From positions 3,073 to 67,072 of the forward strand of contig JACRQE010000007.1 in the NCBI GenBank assembly GCA_016222815.1: a DNA stretch of 64,000 nucleotides, given 5' to 3'. Positions 36,519 through 45,299 of the stretch are shown here, piece after piece. Made by a program: the position numbers and the translations under genes. Origin of the DNA: Candidatus Uhrbacteria bacterium (GTDB lineage Bacteria > Patescibacteriota > Patescibacteriia > 2-12-FULL-60-25). Below the pieces are notes generated by a model. The model did no database searches. It saw only the letters and a list, made by a program, of their open reading frames with translations, and had not been told where the DNA came from. Each line of letters begins with the position of its first letter. Positions within the stretch are counted from its first letter, which is position 1.

Positions 36519-37588
36519 ATTCTGGAAGACAAAAGCCGCCACCTTTCCTCCCATTTGAAATCCATAAGCGCTCTTTCGCGTCCCTGGCTGCCCAGCTTGA
36601 CCGCCAATTCCTTGTCATCCAACAGCCTCAAAACCGCCTCCTCGATTTCGTCGATAGAATTCGGCTTCACCAGCAAACCCGTAGCGTCATTTTTGACCGC
36701 CTCCCCTGCCCCGCCGCTTTTGCCCGCAATTGACGGCACTCCGGCCAAAGCCGCTTCCAGATAGACGATGCCGAAACCTTCCATATCGTTCTCCTCCTCA
36801 CGTACCGGCAATAGGAAGATGTCAGCTGCCGCGAACCACAGCCATTTCTCTTGGTCGTCCGCATCCGTGATCCAACGGACAACGGTCCTGGATTCTTCAG
36901 CTGTCTTCTGTAAGCGCTCTTTGTCCGGCCCATTTCCAATCACCACATATTCGACGTCGCGTTTCGCCTGGATTCGCGCCATGGCATGCAGCGAAACATC
37001 GATCCCTTTTCGCGGCACAAGTCGCGTCACCGACAGCACGACCTCTTTTTCTGGATCCAGTCCGAGGTTACGGCGTGCCTCACCTCTTGTCGGGACATGG
37101 AGCTTCTCGATACCCGGTGTCATGACGATCGCTTCAGCACTTTGCACTGACTTCTTCAATTCATCCAGCGTGGCTCGGCTGTTCGTGAACAACGCTTTCG
37201 CCCCACCGCAAATCCTCCGCAGCAGCCACCTCTTCCATGCGCTGTTCGCCAATTTCAGGTCCAACCCGTGGAACAAAACTACGTATTCCGGTCCGCCCCA
37301 CAGTTTCGAAATCCAGGCCGCCGTCCCCACCGGAAAAACCTGGCTCACGAACACGATGGCTGCCTCGCGTTTCAATTTGTGGATTTCTGGCACCATCGGC
37401 CACCAACGCGGCCAGGCTTGGCGGAACATTTTTACCGCTGAGATTTTCCCCGGTCCATCAGTCGCATGGCCCTCGGGCACCAAAACTTTCATCGCGCCAT
37501 CGGACTCTCCGACCAAATTACCCAAAAACCTGGCCACGCCGCCGCGGTCTGGCGGATAATCTAAAGTCACAAGGGTAATGTTAGACAT
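36515..37588 (-). CDS. Glycosyltransferase family 1 (GT4)
   Basis: Start placed at ATG 37588 (MSNITLVTLDYPPDRGG..). C-terminal ..EGFGIVYLEAALAGVPSIAGKSGGAGE... Confidence 0.88.
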   Translation of the reverse strand: MSNITLVTLDYPPDRGGVARFLGNLVGESDGAMKVLVPEGHATDGPGKISAVKMFRQAWPRWWPMVPEIHKLKREAAIVFVSQVFPVGTAAWISKLWGGPEYVVLFHGLDLKLANSAWKRWLLRRICGGAKALFTNSRATLDELKKSVQSAEAIVMTPGIEKLHVPTRGEARRNLGLDPEKEVVLSVTRLVPRKGIDVSLHAMARIQAKRDVEYVVIGNGPDKERLQKTAEESRTVVRWITDADDQEKWLWFAAADIFLLPVREEENDMEGFGIVYLEAALAGVPSIAGKSGGAGEAVKNDATGLLVKPNSIDEIEEAVLRLLDDKELAVKLGSQGRERALMDFKWEERWRLLSSRI

Positions 37589-39047
37589 CGACGTGGACCT
37601 CCTCCTCTTCATTCATCTTGAACTTACGCAATTTCAAGATAAATTCCAAGTCTCGGTAAGTGATTATCCTGAAAAGGAATGCCATGGCGACCGCAACAGC
37701 CGAACCTAGCACGAAAGCCGCCGGGAACGGCAGAAATGAGCTAATTTCTCTCCAAACATACCAGCATATCGCAGCCGCGACTCCCGCTCGTGCCAGGATC
37801 CAAGCTACGACCTTCCAGCCTCCAGCGTCGTTCCGCGCGAAGAACGCACCCATCAGGAATAAACAGTAAAAAGTTATAACACTTGCCCAAGCCGCCCCGA
37901 TAGTCCCGAAAGTCGGCACCAGCAATACGTTCATGACTATGCAGACGAACATGGTTATGACCATGGCCGTAGTCTTCAGATGCGCTCGGTTCGAAGCATT
38001 CAACAGTGCCCCAATCGGGAAATCCATGAAAATCGCCAAGAGCACCCACGGCAGTATCTCGAACGGTGCGATTGCGCCGTTGAATTTGTGGCCGTAAAAA
38101 ATCGGGATAATCTTCGGCGCCAGTGCGGAGAGTCCCGCTGCGATTGAAAATCCAAGGAACGCCATAAGCCTCAAAGCGCCCGTATACGCCTTCCGCACCT
38201 TCTCCGTATCTTTCCGGGCCCATGCCGCGGCCAAAGCCGGATAAACGGCCGCTATGACCGTCATAGGGATGAACTGCGGCGCATACGTCATCTTGTAAGC
38301 CACGGAATAAACGCCCACTGCCGTCAAACCTTGGAACGCCTCCACAAACAGCGTGTCCAGGAATGAATATGTCTTGACCGCCAAACCGGCGATGGCGAAC
38401 GGCAACGCCATCTTAACCAAATACTTGATATCCTGGAGCGTCGGTTTGACCAGATGTATTCCGTATTGCCGTGATTTGCGCCAAGCCCAAATCAAGTTCC
38501 ACGTGCTACCAAGCAGTAAGCCACCGACCAGTCCCTTTGCGCCCAAACCCAACCAGGCTGCAGACAACGAAAACACTGCCGTCAAAGACTGTCCAATAAG
38601 CATACCCAGTGCCTCCGGCCGTAAATCCTGTTTGCCGCGCAACGCTCCATACAGCATCAGATGGAACGTATCCGCCGCCATGACCAGACACGCCAATCCG
38701 ATGGCCGCCAATGTCGTCGCATCAGCCTCCTTGAAATATCCGTAGCCGAACGATGCCAGGATGGCGATAGGCAAAAGCAGGAGTTTGATCCTCACCGCCG
38801 AACCCAAAATCCGGTCCGCGTTTTCCTTAGCTCCGGCGTAGGTCAGGATGATGACCTGGGTGATGCCTAAATCCGCCAAAACCACGAAAATCGAGGTCAC
38901 GGAAACGCTGAAAAAATAGGTCCCTGTTATCTGCGGCCCCAGCATCTTGGCCACAGCCCAAAAATACCCAAATGCGATGAGTTTATTCAGGCTCATGGCT
39001 ATCACCAGCCAGGAGGCATTTTTGGCTATCCTAGAACCTTCAGGCAC
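37581..39047 (-). CDS. Polysaccharide flippase (MOP/Wzx family)
   Basis: 488 aa, about 14 TM, typical polysaccharide biosynthesis protein profile. First gene of the cluster. Confidence 0.8.
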   Translation of the reverse strand: MPEGSRIAKNASWLVIAMSLNKLIAFGYFWAVAKMLGPQITGTYFFSVSVTSIFVVLADLGITQVIILTYAGAKENADRILGSAVRIKLLLLPIAILASFGYGYFKEADATTLAAIGLACLVMAADTFHLMLYGALRGKQDLRPEALGMLIGQSLTAVFSLSAAWLGLGAKGLVGGLLLGSTWNLIWAWRKSRQYGIHLVKPTLQDIKYLVKMALPFAIAGLAVKTYSFLDTLFVEAFQGLTAVGVYSVAYKMTYAPQFIPMTVIAAVYPALAAAWARKDTEKVRKAYTGALRLMAFLGFSIAAGLSALAPKIIPIFYGHKFNGAIAPFEILPWVLLAIFMDFPIGALLNASNRAHLKTTAMVITMFVCIVMNVLLVPTFGTIGAAWASVITFYCLFLMGAFFARNDAGGWKVVAWILARAGVAAAICWYVWREISSFLPFPAAFVLGSAVAVAMAFLFRIITYRDLEFILKLRKFKMNEEEEVHVDV

Positions 39048-39105
39048 CCTAAAAGCTTAGCTTATTTTAGCAAAACAGGCTAGTTAGCCGATGTATATGG
39101 AGGGG

Positions 39106-39134
39106 TTGACAAAATGCCTTATTTGTGTTATATT
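39106..39134 (+). promoter_or_regulatory. Near-consensus promoter TTGACA-17-(TGT)TATATT
   Basis: -35 at 39106-39111 (context TTGACAAAAT), 17-nt spacer, extended -10 TGTTATATT at 39126-39134. Confidence 0.6.
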
Positions 39135-39169
39135 GTTTAGTCAAAATAGCCCTTTTCCGGAGGATTCCA

Positions 39170-39367
39170 ATGACGCTCGGACAAGCGATTTACAGAGCAT
39201 TCGTCGCCGCATTCGCCATCGCCTTCGTCATCATGGCGCTTCTGCTCATCGGCGGCATCGCCCTTCTCTCCCTCGTCTTCAGCCTGCTCCTCGGGGTCGC
39301 CTGGTACAAGGTCCTGATCATCGTCTCCGCAACGGCGTTGATCACATTCCTTCTCACCAAGGACTAG
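39170..39367 (+). CDS. Small hydrophobic protein (65 aa, 2 TM)
   Basis: ATG 39170 preceded by GGAGGA (39159-39164). MTLGQAIYRAFVAAFAIAFVIMALLLIGGIALLSLVFSLLLGVAWYKVLIIVSATALITFLLTKD. Confidence 0.6.
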   Translation: MTLGQAIYRAFVAAFAIAFVIMALLLIGGIALLSLVFSLLLGVAWYKVLIIVSATALITFLLTKD

Positions 39368-39383
39368 CCCCTCCCCACTCGAC

Positions 39384-39434
39384 GCACCCGCGCCGCCTGC
39401 CTCCTCGCAAGCGCCGCCGGGTGCTTCTTCTTTT
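39384..39434 (+). terminator. GC-rich hairpin plus T-rich tract between convergent genes
   Basis: gcacccg (39384-39390) pairs with cgggtgc (39418-39424), followed by ttcttctttt. The internal loop is probably structured. Confidence 0.4.
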
Positions 39435-39443
39435 ATTCAGAAA

Positions 39444-40154
39444 TCATCTTTTCTCTTTGATTTTCCTCAACACGAAAAACCCATGTCTAACTTTCCCTGG
39501 TTTGACTTCATGGCTCTCAACTACCTCAAATCCGTGTTCTGCGAAATACTCTTTCCATCCGTTCACGCTCCGGTAATTATGCGGCGCATCCGCTGATATC
39601 TCCATATTGATCTTCCTGTCTTCTCTTTCTACCAACTTCTGTTCTTCTGCCGAGTCCACAAGATCCTCTGCCATGAACAGATAACCGTCAGGTTTCAGCA
39701 CGCGACGTATTTCATCTAAGATTTTCGAGTGCGCAGCGGAGTCAATATGGTGCATCACGAAATTCAAAGTCACCCCATCGGCAGTTTCATCTGGTACATC
39801 ACGCATGTTTTCTGCCCTGTTATGGGTCTCAAGATAGGTAGAGTCATGTGCCAGAGTACGCAATCGTTCAGCCACAGGTACGGTCATGTAGTCATCCGGA
39901 TCTAGTCCAATGATCTTGGACCCCGGCAGGATTTTATCCATTTCATCAATTTCGTGTCCTTTTCCCGAGCCGATGCTCACGACCGTCACCCCCTGTTCGA
40001 CGTTATTCTGTTTCAAGACCCGCGGTTCTATATATCTAATTTTAGGCGCCAAATACTTTCCAACCCTCAATTCTTCTACCATCCAATCAGCTCTTTGTTC
40101 CAAAGCCTTATCGGCAGGACCTCTGGTAAGTGCTCTTATCAGCTTTTCACGCAC
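39444..40154 (-). CDS. Class I SAM-dependent methyltransferase
   Basis: 236 aa with motif I VVSIGSGKGHE and ..VTLNFVMHH.. GTG start at 40154. Confidence 0.75.
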   Translation of the reverse strand: MREKLIRALTRGPADKALEQRADWMVEELRVGKYLAPKIRYIEPRVLKQNNVEQGVTVVSIGSGKGHEIDEMDKILPGSKIIGLDPDDYMTVPVAERLRTLAHDSTYLETHNRAENMRDVPDETADGVTLNFVMHHIDSAAHSKILDEIRRVLKPDGYLFMAEDLVDSAEEQKLVEREDRKINMEISADAPHNYRSVNGWKEYFAEHGFEVVESHEVKPGKVRHGFFVLRKIKEKR

Positions 40155-40249
40155 GCCATGCCGTTTCGGCGCTGATTGATCTACGTTTTGTTTAAATGAT
40201 TCATTTTCATATTTTCAGTACGATAACTCTTGGACCATGCTCTGTAAAA

Positions 40250-40280
40250 TCAAAACACCCTGCTTTTCGGCAGGATGTTT
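40250..40280 (-). terminator. Intrinsic terminator after rpsI
   Basis: On the minus strand: acatcctgc-cgaaaa-gcagggtgt (one mismatch), followed by tttgatttta. Confidence 0.5.
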
Positions 40281-40291
40281 CAGTCTTTCTT

Positions 40292-40894
40292 TTAGCGCTT
40301 GCTCCACTGCGGGCTGCGGCGCGCTCCCTTGAGGCCGAACTTCTTGCGCTCCTTCTTGCGTGAGTCGCGTTCCAGGTAGCCGAGTTTCTTGAGCGTTTTT
40401 CGGAATGTCGGGTTCAGTTGGATCAAAGCGCGTGAGATGCCGTGGCGGACCGCTTCGGCCTGGCCGCGGATGCCTCCGCCCAAGACGCGGGCGCTGATGT
40501 CGACTGCCGTTTCTTGTCCCGTTACCTTAAGCGGCGAAACGATTTCGTCGCGCAGGTCATAGGTCCCGAAATATTCATTGTAGAGTTTTCCGTTGACCGT
40601 GACCGTGCCCTTACCGTTCTTGATCAAGCGCACGCGGGCCACCGAAGTCTTGCGGCGTCCGATAGCCGGGATGAACGAGCCGCCTTTGGCCGCCTTGCTG
40701 GCCACCAAATCAGCCGCTTCCAATGCTTCAATCTTGGCTGCTTCTTTTTCGGCCATCAAAACTTCGTTCTCTTCCGAGGTTTCCTTCTTTTTGGCCGGTG
40801 CTTTCTTCTCTTTAATCTCCGCCTTCTTGGCCGGCGCCTTCTTCTTGGCCGGTTCTTTTGCTTCGTCCTTGGTTGCTTTGGTCGGCATAGTCAT
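40292..40894 (-). CDS. rpsI: 30S ribosomal protein S9 with Lys/Ala-rich N-terminal extension of about 70 aa
   Basis: C-terminal 130 aa is canonical S9 (..GRRKTSVARVRL..ERKKFGLKGARRSPQWSKR). The N-terminus is KKAPAKK-type low complexity. Confidence 0.95.
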   Translation of the reverse strand: MTMPTKATKDEAKEPAKKKAPAKKAEIKEKKAPAKKKETSEENEVLMAEKEAAKIEALEAADLVASKAAKGGSFIPAIGRRKTSVARVRLIKNGKGTVTVNGKLYNEYFGTYDLRDEIVSPLKVTGQETAVDISARVLGGGIRGQAEAVRHGISRALIQLNPTFRKTLKKLGYLERDSRKKERKKFGLKGARRSPQWSKR

Positions 40895-41274
40895 TAGGCG
40901 ATGATCAATCTTTTAAGTCTGGCCGTCTGTTGGCGGTTCTTAGGCAGCATGTACTTCACGGCGTGGCGCAGGATTTCTCCCGGATTCTCTTCGCGTAATT
41001 TCGATACCGGCTTGCGCTTCAGGCCGCCTGGGCGGTTCGAGGTGCTGAAGTGGACTTTCTGTTCCCACTTCTTGCCCGTGAATACGACCTTGTCGGCGTT
41101 CTTGATCTTCACGAAATCTCCGGCATCAATATGCGGTTCGTAGCCCGGCTTGTGTTTGCCGATGAGCAGAGTGGCCACGCGCGTCGCCAACCTTCCGACC
41201 ACCAATCCGGTGGCGTCGATCTCGTGCGTCTCGCGTTTTACTTGCGGCATCCCGCGTGTGTTTTTCCAGGTCAT
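40894..41274 (-). CDS. rplM: 50S ribosomal protein L13
   Basis: ..IDATGLVVGRLATRVATLLIGKHKP..; TAATG overlap with rpsI. Confidence 0.95.
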   Translation of the reverse strand: MTWKNTRGMPQVKRETHEIDATGLVVGRLATRVATLLIGKHKPGYEPHIDAGDFVKIKNADKVVFTGKKWEQKVHFSTSNRPGGLKRKPVSKLREENPGEILRHAVKYMLPKNRQQTARLKRLIIA

Positions 41275-41275
41275 A

Positions 41276-41632
41276 TTAGTCTTTCACCAGTTGAATCTGG
41301 GCGATTTCAGCGCCATCACCCTGACGCGTGCCGAGTTTGATGATCCGGGTATAACCGCCAGGTCTGGTCGCATAGCGCGGACCCAGCTCTTCCAAGACCT
41401 TATTGACGGCTGATTCAACCGTCAAAACCTTAGCTAGTTGGCGGCGTGAGGTCAAAGTCTTGGTGCGACCGGTCGTGATGAGTTTCTCGACCATGGGGCG
41501 CACAGCTTTGGCCTTGGCCAGAGTCGTATTCATCTTTTCGTACAAAACCAAGCTCGTCGCCAAATTTCGGAGCAACGCCAGCCTGGGTCCGGCTTTACGG
41601 TCAAGTGTCTTTCCTTTGCGGTTATGCTTCAT
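41276..41632 (-). CDS. rplQ: 50S ribosomal protein L17
   Basis: MKHNRKGKTLDRKAGPRLALLRNLATSL.., canonical L17. Confidence 0.96.
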   Translation of the reverse strand: MKHNRKGKTLDRKAGPRLALLRNLATSLVLYEKMNTTLAKAKAVRPMVEKLITTGRTKTLTSRRQLAKVLTVESAVNKVLEELGPRYATRPGGYTRIIKLGTRQGDGAEIAQIQLVKD

Positions 41633-42320
41633 ATTCTACGTCCTTAAGCAGGTTCAAGTGATCTAGCAAGATTCCGACTGCCGTGCGACAGGCATCCAGG
41701 GCATCCGTAGTCCCGTCCGTTTCGATGGTCAAAACCAATTTATCGTAGTCCGTCTTTTCGCCCAGACGCGTAGCTTCGACTTTGTACGACACGTTCATCA
41801 CCGGATTGTACAAAGCATCTATGGCGATTGTGCCCAAATCCAGTTTTTCTTTGGCCCGTTCTTCGGTCGAGCGGTATCCGCGACCCTGGGCTACGGTGAT
41901 TTCCATCTCGATCGAAGCATTCTTATCGGTCAGCGTGGCGATCGCCAAATCCGGATTCATGATCTCCACGTCGGCGTTCTTCTCGAAATCCCCTGCCGTC
42001 ACGGTCTTTTCGCCCTTGACCGTCAAGGACAGCTTGACCGGTTCTTCGGCGTGGCATTTGAGTCGCAGGGTCTTGAGGTTCAGGATTATCTCCAAAACAT
42101 CTTCCTTGACGTTCGGGATGGTGGAAAATTCATGTTCTACGCCCCGGATCTTGACCGCCGTCACTGAAGCGCCAGGCAATGAAGACAGCAAAACGCGGCG
42201 CAGTGCGTTGCCGATGGTGGTGCCGAAACCCGGCATGCACGGTTCGACCGTCAGCATGCCTTCGTTGGGCCTCTCGCCTCGGCTGAAGCGAATCTTGGTT
42301 GGGAGAAGAAATGACTCCAT
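41622..42320 (-). CDS. rpoA: DNA-directed RNA polymerase subunit alpha, N-terminal domain only (232 aa)
   Basis: ..GFGTTIGNALRRVLLSSLPGASVTAVKI.GVEHEF.. and the dimerisation/assembly domain. Ends where the alpha-NTD ends, and its 3' end overlaps rplQ by 11 nt. Confidence 0.9.
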   Translation of the reverse strand: MESFLLPTKIRFSRGERPNEGMLTVEPCMPGFGTTIGNALRRVLLSSLPGASVTAVKIRGVEHEFSTIPNVKEDVLEIILNLKTLRLKCHAEEPVKLSLTVKGEKTVTAGDFEKNADVEIMNPDLAIATLTDKNASIEMEITVAQGRGYRSTEERAKEKLDLGTIAIDALYNPVMNVSYKVEATRLGEKTDYDKLVLTIETDGTTDALDACRTAVGILLDHLNLLKDVEYEA

Positions 42321-42337
42321 ATGATAAAAAAGGAACG

Positions 42338-42949
42338 TTAGCGCGAATAAAATTCAATGATAAGTTGGGGCTCGAAAACCTGTTTCAGCTCTTCTCCAGC
42401 CGGCAGGCTCGTTACCTTGGCCGTCAATTCTTTCATGTCAGAAGTTATCCACGAAGGAGATTCGGTTTTGGATGCCGCTTCGGCGAAAGCTTTCCAGATC
42501 TTCTTTTCGCGCTTGCCCTGGCGGATGGCGATGATGTCACCGGGCTTGACCGAGTATGAGGCAATCGTGACCTTCTTGCCGTTCACGTCCACATGCGCAT
42601 GCGAGACCAGCTGACGGGCGGCAGCGCGTGTCTTGGCGAAACCGGCGCGGAAGACCGCGTTGTCCAACCGCAATTCGAGCAGGCGGACAAGGTTGGCGGC
42701 AGTATCGCCCTTCATGTTGGTCGCTTTCTCGAAATAGTTGCGGAATTGGCGTTCAGCCACCCCGAATACAAGCTTGGCACGCTGTTTCTCGCGCAGCTGC
42801 TTGCCGTAATCCGTTTGGCGGGTGCGGCTCGTCGGCCCGTGGACGCCAGGACCATAAGGACGCCGTTCCAGGATGCGCGCCATCTTTTCGCGCCCGTCCA
42901 GGTTCAGACCTTCCCGGCGGACCCTTTTTGCTGTGACTCGTAATCTCAT
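42338..42949 (-). CDS. rpsD: 30S ribosomal protein S4
   Basis: ..SDYGKQLREKQRAKLVFGVAERQFRNYFEKA.. plus an S4 RNA-binding domain. Confidence 0.96.
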   Translation of the reverse strand: MRLRVTAKRVRREGLNLDGREKMARILERRPYGPGVHGPTSRTRQTDYGKQLREKQRAKLVFGVAERQFRNYFEKATNMKGDTAANLVRLLELRLDNAVFRAGFAKTRAAARQLVSHAHVDVNGKKVTIASYSVKPGDIIAIRQGKREKKIWKAFAEAASKTESPSWITSDMKELTAKVTSLPAGEELKQVFEPQLIIEFYSR

Positions 42950-42967
42950 ATCTGGTGGTAGTTCAGG

Positions 42968-43417
42968 TTAGACGCGGCGCGGTCGCGGTGCGCGGCAGCC
43001 GTTATGGGGAATCGGTGTTACGTCCTTGATGCTCAAAACCGAGATGTTGTTTGCCTGGAAAGCGCGGATAGCGCCTTCGCGTCCCTGGCCCACGCCGGAG
43101 ATGAAGACGTTCACTTCCTTGATGCCTGAATCACCGGCTTTGTCCAAAGCATTCTTGACCACCAACGAAGCTGCGTACGGGGTGGATTTCTTCGGGCCTT
43201 TGAAACCGGAAGAACCGGCGCTTGACCACGACACGACATTGCCGTTCAGGTCCGTCAGGGTCACGATGGTGTTGTTGTAAGTCGCCTGGATGTACGCCCG
43301 GCCGTGTGAAATCGAAGGCTTGGCCTTGTTGGTCTTGCGCTTCGGTTTGGCCGATTTGGCTGACTTCGCTTTTTCCGCGGTCTGTTCGACGGCGGTTGTG
43401 GTCTGCTTGTCTTCCAT
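42968..43417 (-). CDS. rpsK: 30S ribosomal protein S11 (short Lys-rich N-terminal extension)
   Basis: ..GRAYIQATYNNTIVTLTDLNGNVVSWSSAG... Confidence 0.96.
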   Translation of the reverse strand: MEDKQTTTAVEQTAEKAKSAKSAKPKRKTNKAKPSISHGRAYIQATYNNTIVTLTDLNGNVVSWSSAGSSGFKGPKKSTPYAASLVVKNALDKAGDSGIKEVNVFISGVGQGREGAIRAFQANNISVLSIKDVTPIPHNGCRAPRPRRV

Positions 43418-43420
43418 AGA

Positions 43421-43807
43421 TTACTTCTTTTCGAGTTTACGTTTACCGGATCCCATCGTGCGGCGCGTATTGCCCCTCACGGTGCGGCAGTTCGTCTTGG
43501 TCCGTTGTCCGCGTGCCGGCAAGCCCTTGATGTGACGGGTCCCGCGGAAGCATCCGATATCTTTCAGGCGCTTGACGTTGCCCAAAACCTCGCGACGCAG
43601 TTCACCTTCGACCTTATGGGTCTTTTCGACGATGTCGCGCAACGTGTTCGCCTGGGCTTCGGTCAAATCCTTGACCCGGGTATCCGGCGAGATGTCAGTT
43701 TCTTTCAGGATCTTTTTGGCGGTATGCAAACCGATACCGTAGATATACGTCAAACCGACCTCGATTCGCTTTTGGGCCGGGAGCGTTACGCCTGCGATGC
43801 GTGCCAT
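43421..43807 (-). CDS. rpsM: 30S ribosomal protein S13
   Basis: [26 protein letters not shown]... Confidence 0.97.
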   Translation of the reverse strand: MARIAGVTLPAQKRIEVGLTYIYGIGLHTAKKILKETDISPDTRVKDLTEAQANTLRDIVEKTHKVEGELRREVLGNVKRLKDIGCFRGTRHIKGLPARGQRTKTNCRTVRGNTRRTMGSGKRKLEKK

Positions 43808-43852
43808 AGGATATTTATTGAGACCGTTCAGCCAAAGATTTAATTCGTAATA

Positions 43853-43969
43853 TTAGCCTTGCCGCTGTTTATGCTTGGGGCTCTTTTTGCAGATAACCAC
43901 CACGCGGCCCTTCCGACGGATGACCTGGCAATCTCGACACATGGATTTCACGGATGCTCGGACTTTCAT
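43853..43969 (-). CDS. rpmJ: 50S ribosomal protein L36
   Basis: Hand translation gives [38 protein letters not shown] (38 aa). Below the ORF-track length cutoff. Confidence 0.93.
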   Translation of the reverse strand: MKVRASVKSMCRDCQVIRRKGRVVVICKKSPKHKQRQG

Positions 43970-44117
43970 AGGGTTTGCGTTTCAGTGGTGATTTGATAAG
44001 AAACTTTCTATTTCGACGCAGGCGGACCGGATAGAGCGTAATAAGCCGTACTGGTGTACGGCGCCTAGCTCAAGTGGTTTCGCTTGATTGCGCCAAAATA
44101 AAAGGTTCTCAAGTGGG

Positions 44118-44351
44118 CTATAGTCTATATGTAATCCGACCCTTTGTCAAATCGTAGGGGGTGATTTCGACCTGGACCTCGTCTCCAGGGGTCAGCCGGA
44201 TCCGGTTCATCCTCAATTTTCCTGCTAAATGACACAAAATCGTGTGTCCGTTATCCAGTTTTACACGGAAAGCCGTGGCCGGCAAAGCCTCTTCGACTAC
44301 GCCTTTGACTACTAAAAAATCCTTGTTGCCAGGATTATTGGATGCTGCCAT
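44118..44351 (-). CDS. infA: Translation initiation factor IF-1
   Basis: 77 aa S1-like OB fold (..[42 protein letters not shown]..). Confidence 0.95.
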   Translation of the reverse strand: MAASNNPGNKDFLVVKGVVEEALPATAFRVKLDNGHTILCHLAGKLRMNRIRLTPGDEVQVEITPYDLTKGRITYRL

Positions 44352-44476
44352 AAATAGCTTGTTGTTGGGACATGCTTGGGATGATAAGCGCGTTGATTAT
44401 CGAAATAATGTCAAAAGGATAGCAGTATTGGGCTAAATGGGTCAAATCTAGGCCGTCTGGAGATTGTTTCGTGAAT

Positions 44477-44866
44477 TCACTCGGTATCACACAGCATGTC
44501 TTCAGGCTTGGTGCATCTCGTGCTATTTATCTTGCCTTCTATCATGCCTTGCGAGAAAACTTCCTCCAATTTAGCATTCGGATTCTTACATGACACGCCT
44601 TCGACGTTAATACCATCTGAATCCTCGCCGGTAATTTGGGCGCAGACTATTCCGCCTTCGGGGCCGATCTTTTCACACAGCTCTTCTGCCTGTTCGACGC
44701 TGGTGGCGGTAGGACCGGTTGTTCTGCAGCTTTCCTTCTCGGTCTGTGCGCAACCGAATGGTCCGCAATTCGCTGCTGCCGCTAAGGCTAAAGCTGATGC
44801 GATTTTCTTTCCCTTTTCCGTGATACTAGCGGCTTTCTTAGGCGCTCTTTGTTCGAAACTTGGCAT
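44477..44866 (-). CDS. Small cysteine-rich, probably exported protein (129 aa, 8 Cys)
   Basis: Basic N-terminus followed by ALALAAAANC, with eight Cys spread through an acidic sequence. No family recognised. Confidence 0.5.
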   Translation of the reverse strand: MPSFEQRAPKKAASITEKGKKIASALALAAAANCGPFGCAQTEKESCRTTGPTATSVEQAEELCEKIGPEGGIVCAQITGEDSDGINVEGVSCKNPNAKLEEVFSQGMIEGKINSTRCTKPEDMLCDTE

Positions 44867-44889
44867 AGTTTATTAATTATACCTTAAAT

Positions 44890-45291
44890 TCAAGGTGAAG
44901 CGTTATTTTCCGGGTACTTTCCGTCATAACCCCCGACCCTAGGATCGGTCGTGGCGCTGCCGTTCGTCTTGTCTACCGGAAACCTATCCGGAAATTCAGC
45001 GGCAATGAAGTCCATGGCGTCACGCAAATCCACCCGGCAATAGTCAGCTAAAGTCGAGAGATACCACAGCATATCGCCGAAAAAATCCACCACTTCCTCC
45101 TTCATTTCCGGAGTCGGCTCATCCACCAGCATCCTGCGGATCTCCGTATCCGGCTTCCATTTGATCAAGTTCCTGAATTCCCCGATCTCTTCGACCAATC
45201 CGAGCAAGAGATCCTTGGGTTCGTGATGCTTCTCCCAGCCACGCGCATATTTGAACTCATGCACGAATTTCTGGAATTCTTGGATTTCCAT
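44890..45291 (-). CDS. MazG-like nucleotide pyrophosphohydrolase
   Basis: 133 aa all-alpha protein with ..LVEEIGEF.. and ..DFFGDMLWYL.. metal-binding helices. Confidence 0.8.
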   Translation of the reverse strand: MEIQEFQKFVHEFKYARGWEKHHEPKDLLLGLVEEIGEFRNLIKWKPDTEIRRMLVDEPTPEMKEEVVDFFGDMLWYLSTLADYCRVDLRDAMDFIAAEFPDRFPVDKTNGSATTDPRVGGYDGKYPENNASP

Positions 45292-45299
45292 AGTCTTGT

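Noticed and set aside
41600-41660. rpoA truncation caused by a frameshift or pseudogenisation
   Set aside because: rplQ begins 11 nt before the rpoA stop and is intact, so no remnant alpha-CTD coding sequence can exist between them. An assembly deletion cannot be excluded without reads.
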